A stretch of 64,000 nucleotides of DNA from an uncultured cyanobacterium (lineage in GTDB: Bacteria > Cyanobacteriota > Cyanobacteriia > Cyanobacteriales > CAWCAG01): positions 576,001 to 640,000 of the forward strand of contig CAWCAG010000009.1 in assembly GCA_963793425.1 (NCBI GenBank), read 5' to 3'. The stretch's first letter is position 1; every line of letters begins with the position of its first letter. The notes under the pieces are model-generated. The model was not told the DNA's origin. It searched no databases and was given only the letters and a program-made list of their open reading frames with translations. Below, one piece after another: positions 1 to 11,286 of this stretch. The position numbers and the translations under genes are program-made.

Positions 1-439
1 AAGCAGCGATCGCAGCATTAGAAAATAGGCAAAATCCCATGCCTGTACTTTGTTCGGCGTGATGTCCAGGGGGGCGAGAGAGAACAAAAGCAGGGCTATT
101 ACTATTAGTAACTGAATCTACCCCATCTAACCAAGCACTAACAGCAAGTAAAGCGATATTATAGCTGTGAGGAGAGATGGTTGTATCAGCATCTAATCTT
201 CCTCCCCCTTCCTGAGCAATTGCTTGAACTAAATTAATATATTGCTGATCCTGTACCCTTTGAATAGCTATTAAAACATCTCTCTTAGTTATAGAAGTAG
301 GAAGTTGCCAAGTTATTTTGTCTGCCCAATCAACTTGTTTCAAAGCCTTAACAATAGCTGTTAAACGTTGAGGACTTTCCGGGTGAAGTCTACCAGTTTT
401 GTGTTCAAGGGATTCGTCAGAATAAATAACAGGAAACAT
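1..439 (-). CDS. Histone deacetylase family protein (AcuC/HDAC-like), 3' end runs off the window
   Basis: Manual translation from ATG at 439: MFPVIYSDESLEHKTGRLHPESPQRL...LSRPPGHHAEQSTGMGFCLFSNAAIAA; HPE..RL and RPPGHHA..GFC motifs. Missing from the ORF track because it is truncated. Confidence 0.9.
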   Translation of the reverse strand, partial: MFPVIYSDESLEHKTGRLHPESPQRLTAIVKALKQVDWADKITWQLPTSITKRDVLIAIQRVQDQQYINLVQAIAQEGGGRLDADTTISPHSYNIALLAVSAWLDGVDSVTNSNSPAFVLSRPPGHHAEQSTGMGFCLFSNAAIAA

Positions 440-517
440 TTTAAGAAGAGATTAGAGAGTAGGCAGCAAGGGTTAGAGATTTTAAACAAAGATGATAAAT
501 GTTTAATGATGAATGAA

Positions 518-1393
518 ATGTTGTTTTCAGAATTTGAAGAAATTATTATCACCACCAGCCAAGCAAAAATTAACCTGCGTAAAGGGGGAGAAGGGCCTCC
601 TTTATTATTACTCCATGGTTATCCCCAAACTCATTTTATGTGGCATAAAATTGCCCCTCTTTTAGCAGAGAATTTTACCGTTATTGCCACCGATTTACGA
701 GGTTATGGCGACAGTTCTAAACCACAAGGTTGCTCAGATCATAGTAATTATTCTAAACGAGCCTTAGCCCAAGACCAAGTTGAGGTAATGACTCAATTAG
801 GTTATGAGCAATTCTACTTGGCAGCCCACGATCGCGGGGCAAGAGTAGCCCATCGTCTAGCCTTGGATTATCCCCAGTCGGTACAGAAATTAGCTCTTTT
901 AGACATTGCCCCTACCTACGAAATGTATACTACCGCCGACCAGGAATTCGCTACTGCTTATTATCACTGGTTTTTCTTGATTCAACCCTACGACTTACCA
1001 GAAAGATTAATTGCTGCTAACTCAGAATATTATCTCCATGCTTGCTTGCAAAATTGGAGCAAAGATTTTACAGCTTTCACTCCCCAAGCTTTAGGAGAAT
1101 ATCAACGCTGTTTTAGCGATCGCGCAGCTATTCACGGCAGTTGCGAAGACTACCGTGCTTCCGCTACCATCGATCTACGCCACGATCAAGAGGATCTAGA
1201 TAGTAAGATAACCTGTCCTCTGCTTGTGTTGTGGGGCGGGCTAGGCATCGTCGGACGTAAATATGATGTTTTGAGGATGTGGCAAAAAAGAGCTTTCAAA
1301 GTAGCAGGGAAAGCGTTCAATTGCGGTCACTTTTTACCAGAAGAGGCCCCCCAAGAAACCTATCTTGCCTTACAAGGGTTTTTGGACGATTAG
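518..1393 (+). CDS. Alpha/beta hydrolase, haloacetate (fluoroacetate) dehalogenase-like
   Basis: LLLHGYPQTHFMWH, HDRGARV (Asp nucleophile), YYHWFF, GHFLPEE. ATG at 518 preferred because the 368 start overlaps the divergent HDAC gene. Confidence 0.85.
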   Translation: MLFSEFEEIIITTSQAKINLRKGGEGPPLLLLHGYPQTHFMWHKIAPLLAENFTVIATDLRGYGDSSKPQGCSDHSNYSKRALAQDQVEVMTQLGYEQFYLAAHDRGARVAHRLALDYPQSVQKLALLDIAPTYEMYTTADQEFATAYYHWFFLIQPYDLPERLIAANSEYYLHACLQNWSKDFTAFTPQALGEYQRCFSDRAAIHGSCEDYRASATIDLRHDQEDLDSKITCPLLVLWGGLGIVGRKYDVLRMWQKRAFKVAGKAFNCGHFLPEEAPQETYLALQGFLDD

Positions 1394-1531
1394 CTACTGA
1401 AAATAATGTTAAGTTTATTCAAAGAACTGATTATCTAGATACGTTTTTTTTTAGGATATTTATAGATATTAAATCTTAAGTCAACTCTTCCTAAAATTTC
1501 TGCTTAGTTATTTATTCCCTATTATTTGAAA

Positions 1532-1978
1532 ATGAGTCGGTTGCTCTACGAAAAATCCTTGTCTTATCAAGGCCATCTTATCATCCCCTTTGTTTTCACT
1601 CGCGCAGCTTGGGAGAATATTTACTCCTATGCTTTACTTTCTGAACGAGGATATAAAGGCGAATTTCATAAAGCGGAGAATCCTGCCAAACTTTATTCTA
1701 GCAATATAACTGAAATAACTGATATCGCTAAAGAATATTTACAGGAAACCACAGAAGAAAGTAGGGATTTTGATTATTTTCAAAACCGCTATACTTATCA
1801 AGATAATTTAATTATCATTCATCAACAGGCAGGTAAATGTTTTTATGATCATTATCCTCCCCAAGAAATTAGGAATGTCGCCGCCCCCAAAATTTTCTTT
1901 ACCCCTCACGAATGCTTAACTTGGGTTAAACAAGGATTGGATAAGAAAAATAGAAAAGTAGGAAAAGTTAGTCATTAA
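1532..1978 (+). CDS. Hypothetical protein (cyanobacterial-type)
   Basis: About 148 aa ORF filling the gap, with an internally repeated Y.G/D.LII motif; no recognised domain. Confidence 0.7.
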   Translation: MSRLLYEKSLSYQGHLIIPFVFTRAAWENIYSYALLSERGYKGEFHKAENPAKLYSSNITEITDIAKEYLQETTEESRDFDYFQNRYTYQDNLIIIHQQAGKCFYDHYPPQEIRNVAAPKIFFTPHECLTWVKQGLDKKNRKVGKVSH

Positions 1979-2049
1979 TGACAGAGAGGGGGAGATGGGG
2001 AAAGTAATAAGTAATAAGTGAGGAATGTACTATTACCTATTACCTATTC

Positions 2050-4868
2050 CTAAACCATCGTTGCCGAAGCCTGTTGAGGCTGGGGTTGGAACTGGAAGAG
2101 AGAATAAACGACATTGCGGCGAATATCCGTCATGGTTTCTAAGAACATTTCATATCCTTCTTGCTTATACTCAATTAAAGGATCTTTTTGCCCGTAACCT
2201 CGTAAACCAATAGATTCCCGTAAAGCATCCATCGCTTGTAAGTGTTCTCGCCAGAGGGTGTCAATTTGTTGCAAGATAAAGAAACGTTCTGCTTCTCGCA
2301 TTAATCCCGGCTTGATTTTTTCTACCTGTGCCTCTTTCAGGTCGTAAGCTTTACGGACTTCTTCGCGCAAAAATGTCTTAATTGCTCCCACAGGCATATC
2401 TTCGAGATCCTCTGGTTGCAAATCTTCTAATAGGTAAATAAATTCCTGCGCCTTAGAAACAATTTTGTCGAGTTCCCATTCTTCTGATGGTAAGTCGGGA
2501 TTAATGAAAACATCGACAATATCACTCATTGTTTGTTCAGCGTAGGCAATCACCTGTTCTTTTAAATCTAGCCCTTCTAAAACCCGACGGCGTTCGGCAT
2601 AAATAGCCCGACGTTGGTTATTCATCACCTCGTCGTATTCAAACACCTGTTTCCTAGTATCGTAATAAAAAGTTTCTACCTTCTTTTGCGCTCCTTCTAA
2701 AGAACGGGTGAGCATTTTTGACTCAATAGGCATATCCTCTTCTACTCGGAAAGCATTCATCAAACCTGCCACGCGATCGCCCCCAAAAATGCGGAGGAGG
2801 TTATCTCCCAGGCTAAGGAAAAATTTAGTTGAACCAGGATCACCTTGCCTTCCTGCCCTTCCCCTTAATTGATTGTCAATGCGACGGGACTCATGGCGTT
2901 CTGTACCAATGACATGAAGCCCACCCCGTTGTACAACTTCGTTATGCTCTTGGGTGGTAAACCCTTCGTATTGCTGACTAATCGCTTTATACACTTCCCG
3001 CAGCTTAATTAAAACTGAGTCTTCAAGAGGGGCATTTTCTGCTGCTACAGCAATTTTTTCTTCTACTTCCAACTCGGGCAAACTTTGTAAACCATACTTT
3101 TCTACAGCGAAATCAACAGCTTCTTTAAGCAAAGCTTCTGTTTCTGTAGAAAGTTGAGTGGGATAAATTTGCGGGGATACGCGCCAACTTTTTTTCTTAG
3201 TCGCTTCCCCAAAACCTTGGGAACGGCTGCGAGATTGCTTTGCCGCTGCTGGCATAGCTACCAAGGCGTTATCATCTTCAGGTTGAACAATTTTGGGCAT
3301 CAAATATTCCCGAATCTTCAACCTCGCCATATAATCAGCATTACCCCCCAAGATAATGTCTGTACCTCGCCCTGCCATGTTGGTGGCGATGGTTACCCCT
3401 CCTTTGCGTCCTGCTTGGGCAATAATTTCTGATTCTCGTTCTACGTTCTCTGGTCTAGCGTTGAGGAGGTTATGGGGAATATTTTTTTCTTGTAATAAAC
3501 GAGAGAGGACTTCCGATTTTTCTACGCTAGTTGTTCCGACCAAAACTGGTCTACCCAACTCGTGCATTTCTGCACATTCAGATGCTACAGAATCCCATTT
3601 AGCTGGTTCAGTCTTATAAACTACATCTGCTAAATCTTGCCTTTGGGTAGGCAAGTTGGTAGGCATGATCGTAACTTGAAGGTTATAAACCTTCTCGAAT
3701 TCCGCTTCCTCTGTCTTGGCTGTTCCTGTCATCCCTGCTAATTTGGGATAAAGCAGGAAGAAGTTTTGATAGGTAATGGTGGCTAAGGTTTGGGTTTCAT
3801 TTTGAATCTCTACTCCTTCCTTGGCTTCAATAGCTTGGTGTAAGCCATCACTCCAACGTCTACCGGATAAAACCCGACCAGTAAATTCATCAACGATCAC
3901 CACTTCGTCATTACGGACAATATAGTTAACATCTGGGGTAAATAGTTCTTTTGCTTTAATCGCATTAAATATATAATGGGCCCAAGGGTTTTCGGGATCG
4001 TAGAGGTCGTTAACTCCCAAAAGCCTTTCTGCGCTAGCAAAACCCTCATCAGTCATCAAAACATTACGGGCTTTCTCATCAACTTCATAATCTCCTGCCC
4101 CTCTTCTTCTTCTTGCTTAACTAATTGGGCTGCTACTTGGGCTGCCCCCAAATACTTTTCTGTAGGGCGTTCCACTTGCCCAGAAATAATCAATGGTGTC
4201 CGTGCTTCATCAATTAAAATTGAATCCACCTCATCAATGATGCAATAGTTGAAAGGACACTGCACCACATCAACCATAGATGTGGCCATGTTATCTCGTA
4301 AATAATCAAAACCTAACTCGCTGTTAGTAGCGTAGGTAACGTCGCAAGCATAGTTCTTTTTGCGTTCAGTGGGACTCATTCCTGATTGGATTAAACCCAC
4401 GCTCAAACCCAAGAAGCGGTGAACTTGCCCCATCCACTCCGCATCCCGACGGGCCAAATAATCGTTAACCGTAACGATATGTACTCCCTTACCAGTTAAA
4501 CCGTTTAAATAAGCTGGTAGAGTCGCTACGAGGGTTTTTCCTTCCCCGGTTCTCATTTCGGCAATTTGACCTTTATGGAGGAAGATACCCCCCAATAACT
4601 GTACGTCATAGTGACGCATTCCTAAGACGCGTACCGCCGCTTCTCTAACTACAGCGAAGGCTTCTGGCAAGATATCATCAAGAATCTCTGCCCTTTCCTG
4701 GTCATTATTAGCTTCGCTTATTTTTTGTTGAAATTCTTTGGTTTTCCCCTTCAGTTCTTCATCAGAAAGAGCTTTAATATCTTCTTCAAAAATATTAATC
4801 TCAGTTACTAAAGGCTGATATTTTTTTAGTTTCCGGGCGTTGGGGTCACCTAGTAATTTTTTAAACAT
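2050..4868 (-). CDS. secA: Preprotein translocase subunit SecA; split by an apparent 1-nt deletion at about 4098-4101
   Basis: ORF 4056..4868 has MRTGEGKT and [24 protein letters not shown] 2050..4059 has [11 protein letters not shown] and [10 protein letters not shown]. Adding one base to the C4 run restores [21 protein letters not shown]. Confidence 0.95.
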
Positions 4869-5038
4869 AGCATTTAATTGTTCTTGGCCATTATTTATAT
4901 ATAGTTAAGCATCGATCATTTTTGACCAGAGAACAATGACCAATGACTCTTTCCTATGCTATCATTTCCCCGTTTTTCAGGAATACGGCGATTACGACTT
5001 ATCAAAGCAAAAGTATTATTGCTGTCGTTATCTATTTT

Positions 5039-5623
5039 TTACCATTCCTCAGTTAAACTCTGATAATCAAACTTAGCAATACCTGTATGACAGCTAGCAC
5101 AGTTGTTAAGGCGTATCGGTTTAGGTAAGTTTACTTTAGGGTGGAGAGCTTGGAAATAGCGAGACTGAGATACCCGTTCTGGCTTATCCTCTCCTTCTTT
5201 GAGAGGGCGGGAATAGTCCCGAATATAAGACCACATAATGCGGATATCTAAAGAATTCATTTTGGGCAGTTTTTGGCCATAATGATCATTTGGTTGTAGT
5301 AAAATTTGTCGCCAACTTTCTGTGGGCAAAACTGCTGGGGGCAAAGGAATATGACAGCTAGCGCAGTTATTTAAGTAAAGTTTCTGGGCCATTTCATAGC
5401 GACTAGGAAGATTCTCTAGATCAAGGCTTTTTTGTCCTGGTTTAATGCTATTTATCTCTAAATCTGCTACAGAGGATTCAGAGGGAGAGGAGGATACAGG
5501 AAGACGAGGAGAATCTAAGGCAACAGCCATACCCCAACCCAAAACTATTCCCCATAATAAAAATAACAGCAAGAAAACTGTAACAACATTCCTAGTTTTT
5601 CTTTTTCTCCAAGGTCTTTTCAT
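5039..5623 (-). CDS. Diheme cytochrome c family protein with N-terminal membrane anchor
   Basis: Two CASCH heme-binding motifs, LPTESW and HYG motif, N-terminal TM helix. Confidence 0.8.
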   Translation of the reverse strand: MKRPWRKRKTRNVVTVFLLLFLLWGIVLGWGMAVALDSPRLPVSSSPSESSVADLEINSIKPGQKSLDLENLPSRYEMAQKLYLNNCASCHIPLPPAVLPTESWRQILLQPNDHYGQKLPKMNSLDIRIMWSYIRDYSRPLKEGEDKPERVSQSRYFQALHPKVNLPKPIRLNNCASCHTGIAKFDYQSLTEEW

Positions 5624-5660
5624 AAAAGCATCAACATTAAACATTGAACATTAAACATTG

Positions 5661-5683
5661 TTCGGCTTGCCGTTGTCGTAGAC
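5661..5683 (-). repeat. 23-nt small dispersed repeat inserted at TGAT^CA (copy 1 of 3)
   Basis: GTCTACGACAACGGCAAGCCGAA on the minus strand; related copies at 11257-11279 and 55217-55240. Confidence 0.75.
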
Positions 5684-5684
5684 A

Positions 5685-6614
5685 TCACTGATGATCCACT
5701 GGAATCGATCTCAACAATCTATCTACCACTGTTCGCCCTTGTCTCCCTCCAGCAGGAATGAGACGATGACAAAGTACGTGGGGGGCCATGAATTTAACGT
5801 CATCGGGGATCACATAGTCCCGTTCTGAGAGAAACGCTAAAGCTTGAGTCGCTTTTTGTAGGGCTACTGTTCCCCTTGGAGATACTCCTAAAGTAATTTC
5901 TTCATCCTCGCGGGAGGCTCTTACTAAGTTGAGGATATAGCGCTGTATGCTAGGTTTAACCTTCACTTTCTTCACTAACTGCTGCAAATTTTGGATTGCT
6001 TCTACAGATATACAAGGTTTTAGCTCATCAACAGTAATATTTTCCTGTTGCCTCTGCAACATCTGTAATTCCTCTGCTTCTGTAGGATAACCAAGGCTAA
6101 AAGAAAGGGCGAAACGATCCATTTGGGCTTCGGGTAAAGGGAAAGTTCCTTGATATTCAATGGGGTTTTGGGTGGCGATAACGAAGAAAGGTTGGGGAAC
6201 TTTGCGAGGATAACCATCCACAGTTACCTGCTTCTCTTCCATTACCTCCAATAAAGCTGATTGGGTTCTGGGGGTGGCGCGGTTAATTTCATCAGCTAAA
6301 AGAATGTTAGCAAAAACTGGCCCTGACATAAATTCAAATTCTCGACTGCTGGGGTTCCAAATGTTAGTTCCGGTGATGTCACTAGGTAGGAGATCCGGAG
6401 TACATTGAACCCGCTGAAATTTGCCGTTGAGAGAACGGGCTAAAGATTTGGCCAAAAGAGTTTTACCAACCCCAGGAACATCTTCTAATAAAGCGTGTCC
6501 TTCGCAAAGCAGGGCGATTAAGACTAAGCGAATCGCCTGATCTTTACCAACAATGGTACGCCCTAAGTTGTCAGTTAATCTTTTAATTGTCCCTTTGGTG
6601 GTTTCATCGATCAT
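5685..6614 (-). CDS. MoxR family AAA+ ATPase
   Basis: LLEDVPGVGKT, RVQCTPDLLPSD, LADEINRATPRTQSALLE, PLPEAQMDRF. Confidence 0.92.
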   Translation of the reverse strand: MIDETTKGTIKRLTDNLGRTIVGKDQAIRLVLIALLCEGHALLEDVPGVGKTLLAKSLARSLNGKFQRVQCTPDLLPSDITGTNIWNPSSREFEFMSGPVFANILLADEINRATPRTQSALLEVMEEKQVTVDGYPRKVPQPFFVIATQNPIEYQGTFPLPEAQMDRFALSFSLGYPTEAEELQMLQRQQENITVDELKPCISVEAIQNLQQLVKKVKVKPSIQRYILNLVRASREDEEITLGVSPRGTVALQKATQALAFLSERDYVIPDDVKFMAPHVLCHRLIPAGGRQGRTVVDRLLRSIPVDHQ

Positions 6615-6725
6615 TAGTTGTTTCGCAGTGCATTACCCAATTTTAAGTTCTATACTAACTTTTCTGTTGGAATCGCCAACTAAGTCTAAGATTATGGTCT
6701 ACAATCTCTTTATTATTAACCATAG

Positions 6726-7298
6726 TCAAATCTTCGCTAAGGTTACATCCTCATACAAAGCATCAATGCTAGTGCGAAAACCGATACTTTCAAGATAAAC
6801 TTCACTACCTGGAGAATAGAATTGCAAGACCCAAAGTCCTTCTTTGTTACGGCGAAAGCAATCTAAGCGTTGACGCTTTTGGCTGATTAAGACATATTCG
6901 CGCAAGCTTTCTAATTGTTGATAGTCAGAAAATTTATCACCCCGATCAAAACCTTCTGTTTTGGGAGATAAAACTTCGATAATTAAGCAAGGATGTTTTT
7001 TATAGTGAGAAAATTCTTGATCTGTTCGGTCACAAGTGACTAGAATGTCAGGATAATAAAAAGTATTTAGTGTTTCAATGTGGACTTTCATGTCTGCCAT
7101 ATAAGCACGACAGCCACTACCTCGCACATGATTTCTTAACAGTGAAGCAAGGTTAAGGCAAATGGTTACATGGGCATCACTTGCCCCAGCCATAGCATAA
7201 ATCTGTCCATCAATATACTCATGTTTAATGAAACTATCTTCTTCTTTAGCTAGATATTCTTGTGGAGAAAGATGATTTTGGCTTTTACTAGCAATCAT
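6726..7298 (-). CDS. Uma2 family endonuclease (DUF820)
   Basis: EYIDGQIYAMAG, YYPDILV, IIEVLSPKT..DRGDKF..Y, EYVLISQ. Confidence 0.9.
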   Translation of the reverse strand: MIASKSQNHLSPQEYLAKEEDSFIKHEYIDGQIYAMAGASDAHVTICLNLASLLRNHVRGSGCRAYMADMKVHIETLNTFYYPDILVTCDRTDQEFSHYKKHPCLIIEVLSPKTEGFDRGDKFSDYQQLESLREYVLISQKRQRLDCFRRNKEGLWVLQFYSPGSEVYLESIGFRTSIDALYEDVTLAKI

Positions 7299-7429
7299 GG
7301 TTTTGACTAGACAGTAACTCTATGAGTATATCAACTGCGATCTCAGGAAAAACTCTTCCAGGATGCAGGAGGGGATTTTGAGATATAGCAGCCATATACC
7401 TGTACAATAAACTGCCCTCATATAAAGAT

Positions 7430-9232
7430 TCAGATTGCTTTCGCCAAGCGCTTTTTAATTGTCCCTAAAACCTCTTCTAACTGCACATCCTCAGACTTTT
7501 TGGTTGCCCTTTCTACTAACTCTACCTTGCCTTCTTGTAAAGAACGTCCGGTTACAATACGATAGGGAATACCAATTAAATCTGCATCCTTAAACTTAAC
7601 TCCGGCCCTTTCTTTGCGGTCATCAAGTAAGGTTTCTATTCCTGCTTGGTTTAATTCCTCATATAACTTTTGTGCTGCTGTCATTTGCTCTTCATTGTTA
7701 ATATTGGGAACGGTAATAATGACTTGATAAGGTGCGATCGCAATGGGCCAAATAATACCATCTTTATCATAGGATTGCTCCACGGCAGCTTGAGCCAAAC
7801 GAGAAACCCCCACCCCATAACAACCCATCCATAAAGGAAAGGATTTCCCTTCTTCATTGGTATAGGTTGCTCCCATAGCCTCAGAATATTTAGTTCCTAG
7901 TTGAAAGATATGCCCTACCTCAATACCCCTAGCGCTTTGCAGAATTTGTTCGGGGTTATGAATAGCGCGATCGCCTGCTGTTGCTTTCCGCAAGTCTACC
8001 ACCGCTTCCGGTAGGGTAAATTCTTGCCCCCAGTTGGCTCCCACAACGTGATAACCTAGTTCATTCGCCCCCGTAACGAAGTTTTTGACCTCAACAACGG
8101 TTGAGTCTGCCAGCCGGAGAAACTGGCGAGCAACATCATCTACTTTTTTGATGTAATCATCCTTAAGATCCGGGGCAATGTAACCTAAAGGTAAGGGTTT
8201 GGCTGCCCATTTTCTTTGAGCATTTTCATCAGGTACATTAAGAGCAAGAATAGTATTCGCCTGGTAATTTCTGGCTAATTTGACCAATTCGTTTTGTAAC
8301 TTCACCTCATTAACATCCTGATCTCCACGAATGTTAACCAAAACCAATACAGTCATGCCGTTGTCATAAACAGCTTCATATAAAACATTCTTAATCGCTA
8401 CGGTAGGAGAGCATTTTAGGAAATCACACATGGTAGCAATAGTTGCTGTGTTCGGAGTTTCTCGCTTTTCGTAGTTAGTAAAAGGAGATGCTTCTCTTTC
8501 TGGGGGTAAAGAAGTCGCTTTCTCCACATTGGCAGCATAGCTACCATCTTCGGTGTAGAGGACTTCATCTTCCCCTGCTTCTGCCAACACCATAAATTCT
8601 TGAGAACCAGAACCACCAATAGCTCCAGAGTCTGCTTCAACGGCGCGAAAAGCCAAGCCAGAACGGGTAAGCATCTTGCGATAGGCCTGATCCATTGCTT
8701 GGTAAGTTTCTTTCAAACTCTCTTCATCGCCATGAAAAGAATAGCCATCTTTCATAATAAATTCCCGCCCCCGCATCAAACCAAAACGAGGTCGAATTTC
8801 ATCACGAAATTTAGTTTGAATTTGATAAAGATGAAGGGGAAGCTGGCGGTAGGAACGGATGGTATCTTTGGCAATAGTGGTAATAACTTCCTCATGGGTA
8901 GGCCCCAGTGCCAATTGCCTTTCCTGCCTATCAGTAAGGGAAAACATAATCCCTTCTGCTTTAGTATAAGTATCCCAACGTCCTGACTCTTGCCACAATT
9001 CTGAAGGTTGTAGCTGGGGCAGCAAACATTCTTGGGCCCCGGTAGCGTTCATTTCTTCGCGAACAATTTGAGAGACTTTTTGTAACACCCGCCACATCAA
9101 GGGTAAGTAAGCATAAACTCCACTACCAATGCGCCGAATATAACCTGCACGGAGTAAAAGCTGATGGCTAGGAATTTCTGCTTCCCTTGGCGCTTCCCGC
9201 AGGGTGACAAACAGCATTTGAGACAGTCGCAT
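7430..9232 (-). CDS. proS: Proline--tRNA ligase
   Basis: [45 protein letters not shown]. Confidence 0.97.
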   Translation of the reverse strand: MRLSQMLFVTLREAPREAEIPSHQLLLRAGYIRRIGSGVYAYLPLMWRVLQKVSQIVREEMNATGAQECLLPQLQPSELWQESGRWDTYTKAEGIMFSLTDRQERQLALGPTHEEVITTIAKDTIRSYRQLPLHLYQIQTKFRDEIRPRFGLMRGREFIMKDGYSFHGDEESLKETYQAMDQAYRKMLTRSGLAFRAVEADSGAIGGSGSQEFMVLAEAGEDEVLYTEDGSYAANVEKATSLPPEREASPFTNYEKRETPNTATIATMCDFLKCSPTVAIKNVLYEAVYDNGMTVLVLVNIRGDQDVNEVKLQNELVKLARNYQANTILALNVPDENAQRKWAAKPLPLGYIAPDLKDDYIKKVDDVARQFLRLADSTVVEVKNFVTGANELGYHVVGANWGQEFTLPEAVVDLRKATAGDRAIHNPEQILQSARGIEVGHIFQLGTKYSEAMGATYTNEEGKSFPLWMGCYGVGVSRLAQAAVEQSYDKDGIIWPIAIAPYQVIITVPNINNEEQMTAAQKLYEELNQAGIETLLDDRKERAGVKFKDADLIGIPYRIVTGRSLQEGKVELVERATKKSEDVQLEEVLGTIKKRLAKAI

Positions 9233-9350
9233 TGCTTAGTTACCTTAATCTAGACCAGAGAACTATTATTTCATTTAGTCTATGGCATTGGGGAAGTTAT
9301 ACCAAATTTGTGTTTGAAGTATAAAGCTCTCAAACCCTGCTGCCTGTCCC

Positions 9351-11207
9351 CTACTCCCCACTCCCTCCCCCAACAGATTTGTTATACCCTCGTGGGGTAA
9401 TCAGCCAGTTGGCATAATTTTGGGTACTGCAATTGCCAATTAAAACTGTGGTTAACATATCAATAGAATGTTCCAGCATCTTTCCTAAAGTAGTGATGAT
9501 AATTTCTTCATCTTGACGGTAAGCAGAACGAACCAAAGCCACAGGAGTATTGGCATCGCGATATTTTAAAAAAGTCTTTTGGGCAATCTCGATTTGTTTA
9601 GTACGAGATTGAGAACGGGGATTGTAAATTGCTGTGACAAAATCAGCTTGTGCCGCTGCTACTAAACGCTTAGCAATTACTTCCCAAGGAGTGAGTAAAT
9701 CGCTTAAACTAATGGCACAAAAATCGTGCATCAAAGGTGTACCTACCCTTGCTGCCGCAGCTTGTAGGGCGCTAATGCCAGGAAATACTGTTACCCCTGG
9801 AGTTTCACCATCCCAGCCTCCTGCTTCGAGTTCCTCCATCACCAATCCTGCCATACCATAAATCCCGGCATCCCCAGAAGATACTACCGCTACGGTTAAA
9901 CCCCAATTCGCTAATTCAATGGCCCGTTGCGCCCGTTGCCTTTCTTGAGTGATGGGGAAACTTTCTTGAATTTGTCCTGGGCGGCGGAGGGGTTTAATTA
10001 AATTAAGGTACAAAGAATAACCGATAATTGCATCCGCTTCCGTCACCGCAGTTTGGGCTGTGGGAGTCATTTGCCCTAAATCTCCTGGCCCCATACCTAC
10101 CAGAAATAATTTTCCTTGACCCCCAGTATATTCCCATTGAGACTGTGCAACCGCTACGGTTACAGCCCCCGCTTCCCCTTCTAGGCGAAAGATTTGTTTA
10201 GGAACAAGCAGAGAAGGGTTTTGAGTAGCCAAAATAGCTGCGGCTTCAGCCACACTAGGGGTTCCCACTTCTTGATTAACTACTGGGGAGGGTGTGGGTA
10301 CTGTCACTTTCTCCAAAGCATCAGCCTGAAAGGTTTGTAAGGGAAAACTCCGTTCCTTACATAAACTTAAAATGCCTAATTCATCAGCTTTAAGATCAAT
10401 GGTTGCAATACCTGCAATCGCCTCTGTTGCCAGATGATAGCGTTGGAAAACTTCCTCTAAGGCAGTTTCCATTACTAATTGAGAAGTACCCCGTTCGCAA
10501 CCCATACCAACCCAAAGAACACGAGGATGCCATTGCACTTTGGGAATATCTGTTTCCGGTGAAAATCTGCGTTTAGTGAAACTAATCCAGATTCTACCTT
10601 GAGGTTGCACCTGATTCTTACCCAGTTCAGGAAAACCAAATTGAAAAGAATGCTTGGGGGGTAAATGTTTTTGCCACAGGGTGGAACCCACTTCTTGAAT
10701 AACTTCTACTACCTCTGTACGGGCTACAGCCGCACTAACTCCTGTCCAATCTCCTTCTCCTTTGCGCCAACCAAAAGGAAGCCCCATGACATCAATTCCT
10801 GGCAAATCCAAGCTTGCTGCGGCCCCCGTTAAAATAGGTGTTGCCCCCAACTGCTTAGCAATTAAGCGAGTTAAAACATCTGCCCCTCCTTGATGCCCAC
10901 TACACAAACTAATGACAAAACGTCCTTCTTGATCTAGTACTACCACCCCAGGATCACTAGATTTATCTTTTAAAAGAGGAGCAATTAACCTTACCGCTGC
11001 CCCAGTAGCTAAGCAAAAAACTAAGCCCTGGTGATTCTCCCACAGGGAGGCTAAACAAGCTTGTAAAGAGCCTTGGTATACCTGGACATTATCTAAATCA
11101 CGAAGAGATATAGGAACCCAAATTTTTATTCCTAAAGGTTGTAATTTGGTAACGGCATTAGGAGTTGTTGCGATCGCCGCTAAGGGCTGGAAGGAAGAGA
11201 GAAGCAT
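9351..11207 (-). CDS. cobJ: CbiG-CobJ fusion (cobalt-precorrin-5A hydrolase / precorrin-3B C17-methyltransferase)
   Basis: N-terminal CbiG motifs (DPGVVVLD..GHQGGA, GMGCERG, SVAEAAA) and a C-terminal methyltransferase (VGMGPG, SSGDAGIYG, ISLSDLLTPW). Confidence 0.9.
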   Translation of the reverse strand: MLLSSFQPLAAIATTPNAVTKLQPLGIKIWVPISLRDLDNVQVYQGSLQACLASLWENHQGLVFCLATGAAVRLIAPLLKDKSSDPGVVVLDQEGRFVISLCSGHQGGADVLTRLIAKQLGATPILTGAAASLDLPGIDVMGLPFGWRKGEGDWTGVSAAVARTEVVEVIQEVGSTLWQKHLPPKHSFQFGFPELGKNQVQPQGRIWISFTKRRFSPETDIPKVQWHPRVLWVGMGCERGTSQLVMETALEEVFQRYHLATEAIAGIATIDLKADELGILSLCKERSFPLQTFQADALEKVTVPTPSPVVNQEVGTPSVAEAAAILATQNPSLLVPKQIFRLEGEAGAVTVAVAQSQWEYTGGQGKLFLVGMGPGDLGQMTPTAQTAVTEADAIIGYSLYLNLIKPLRRPGQIQESFPITQERQRAQRAIELANWGLTVAVVSSGDAGIYGMAGLVMEELEAGGWDGETPGVTVFPGISALQAAAARVGTPLMHDFCAISLSDLLTPWEVIAKRLVAAAQADFVTAIYNPRSQSRTKQIEIAQKTFLKYRDANTPVALVRSAYRQDEEIIITTLGKMLEHSIDMLTTVLIGNCSTQNYANWLITPRGYNKSVGGGSGE

Positions 11208-11213
11208 TAGCAA

Positions 11214-11279
11214 TCAATGATCAGTTATCAATGATCAATGATCAGTGATCATTGATGCCTACGGCAACGGCAAGCCTTA
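11214..11279 (+). repeat. TGATCAR heptamer STRR run ending in small dispersed repeat copy 2
   Basis: tcaatgatcagttatcaatgatcaatgatcagtgatcattgat followed by GCCTACGGCAACGGCAAGCC. Confidence 0.7.
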
Positions 11280-11286
11280 GATTATT

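Noticed and set aside
368..517. N-terminal extension of the hydrolase ORF and ORF 361..555
   Set aside because: Both overlap the HDAC-family gene on the minus strand (start 439); hydrolase motifs begin after 518.
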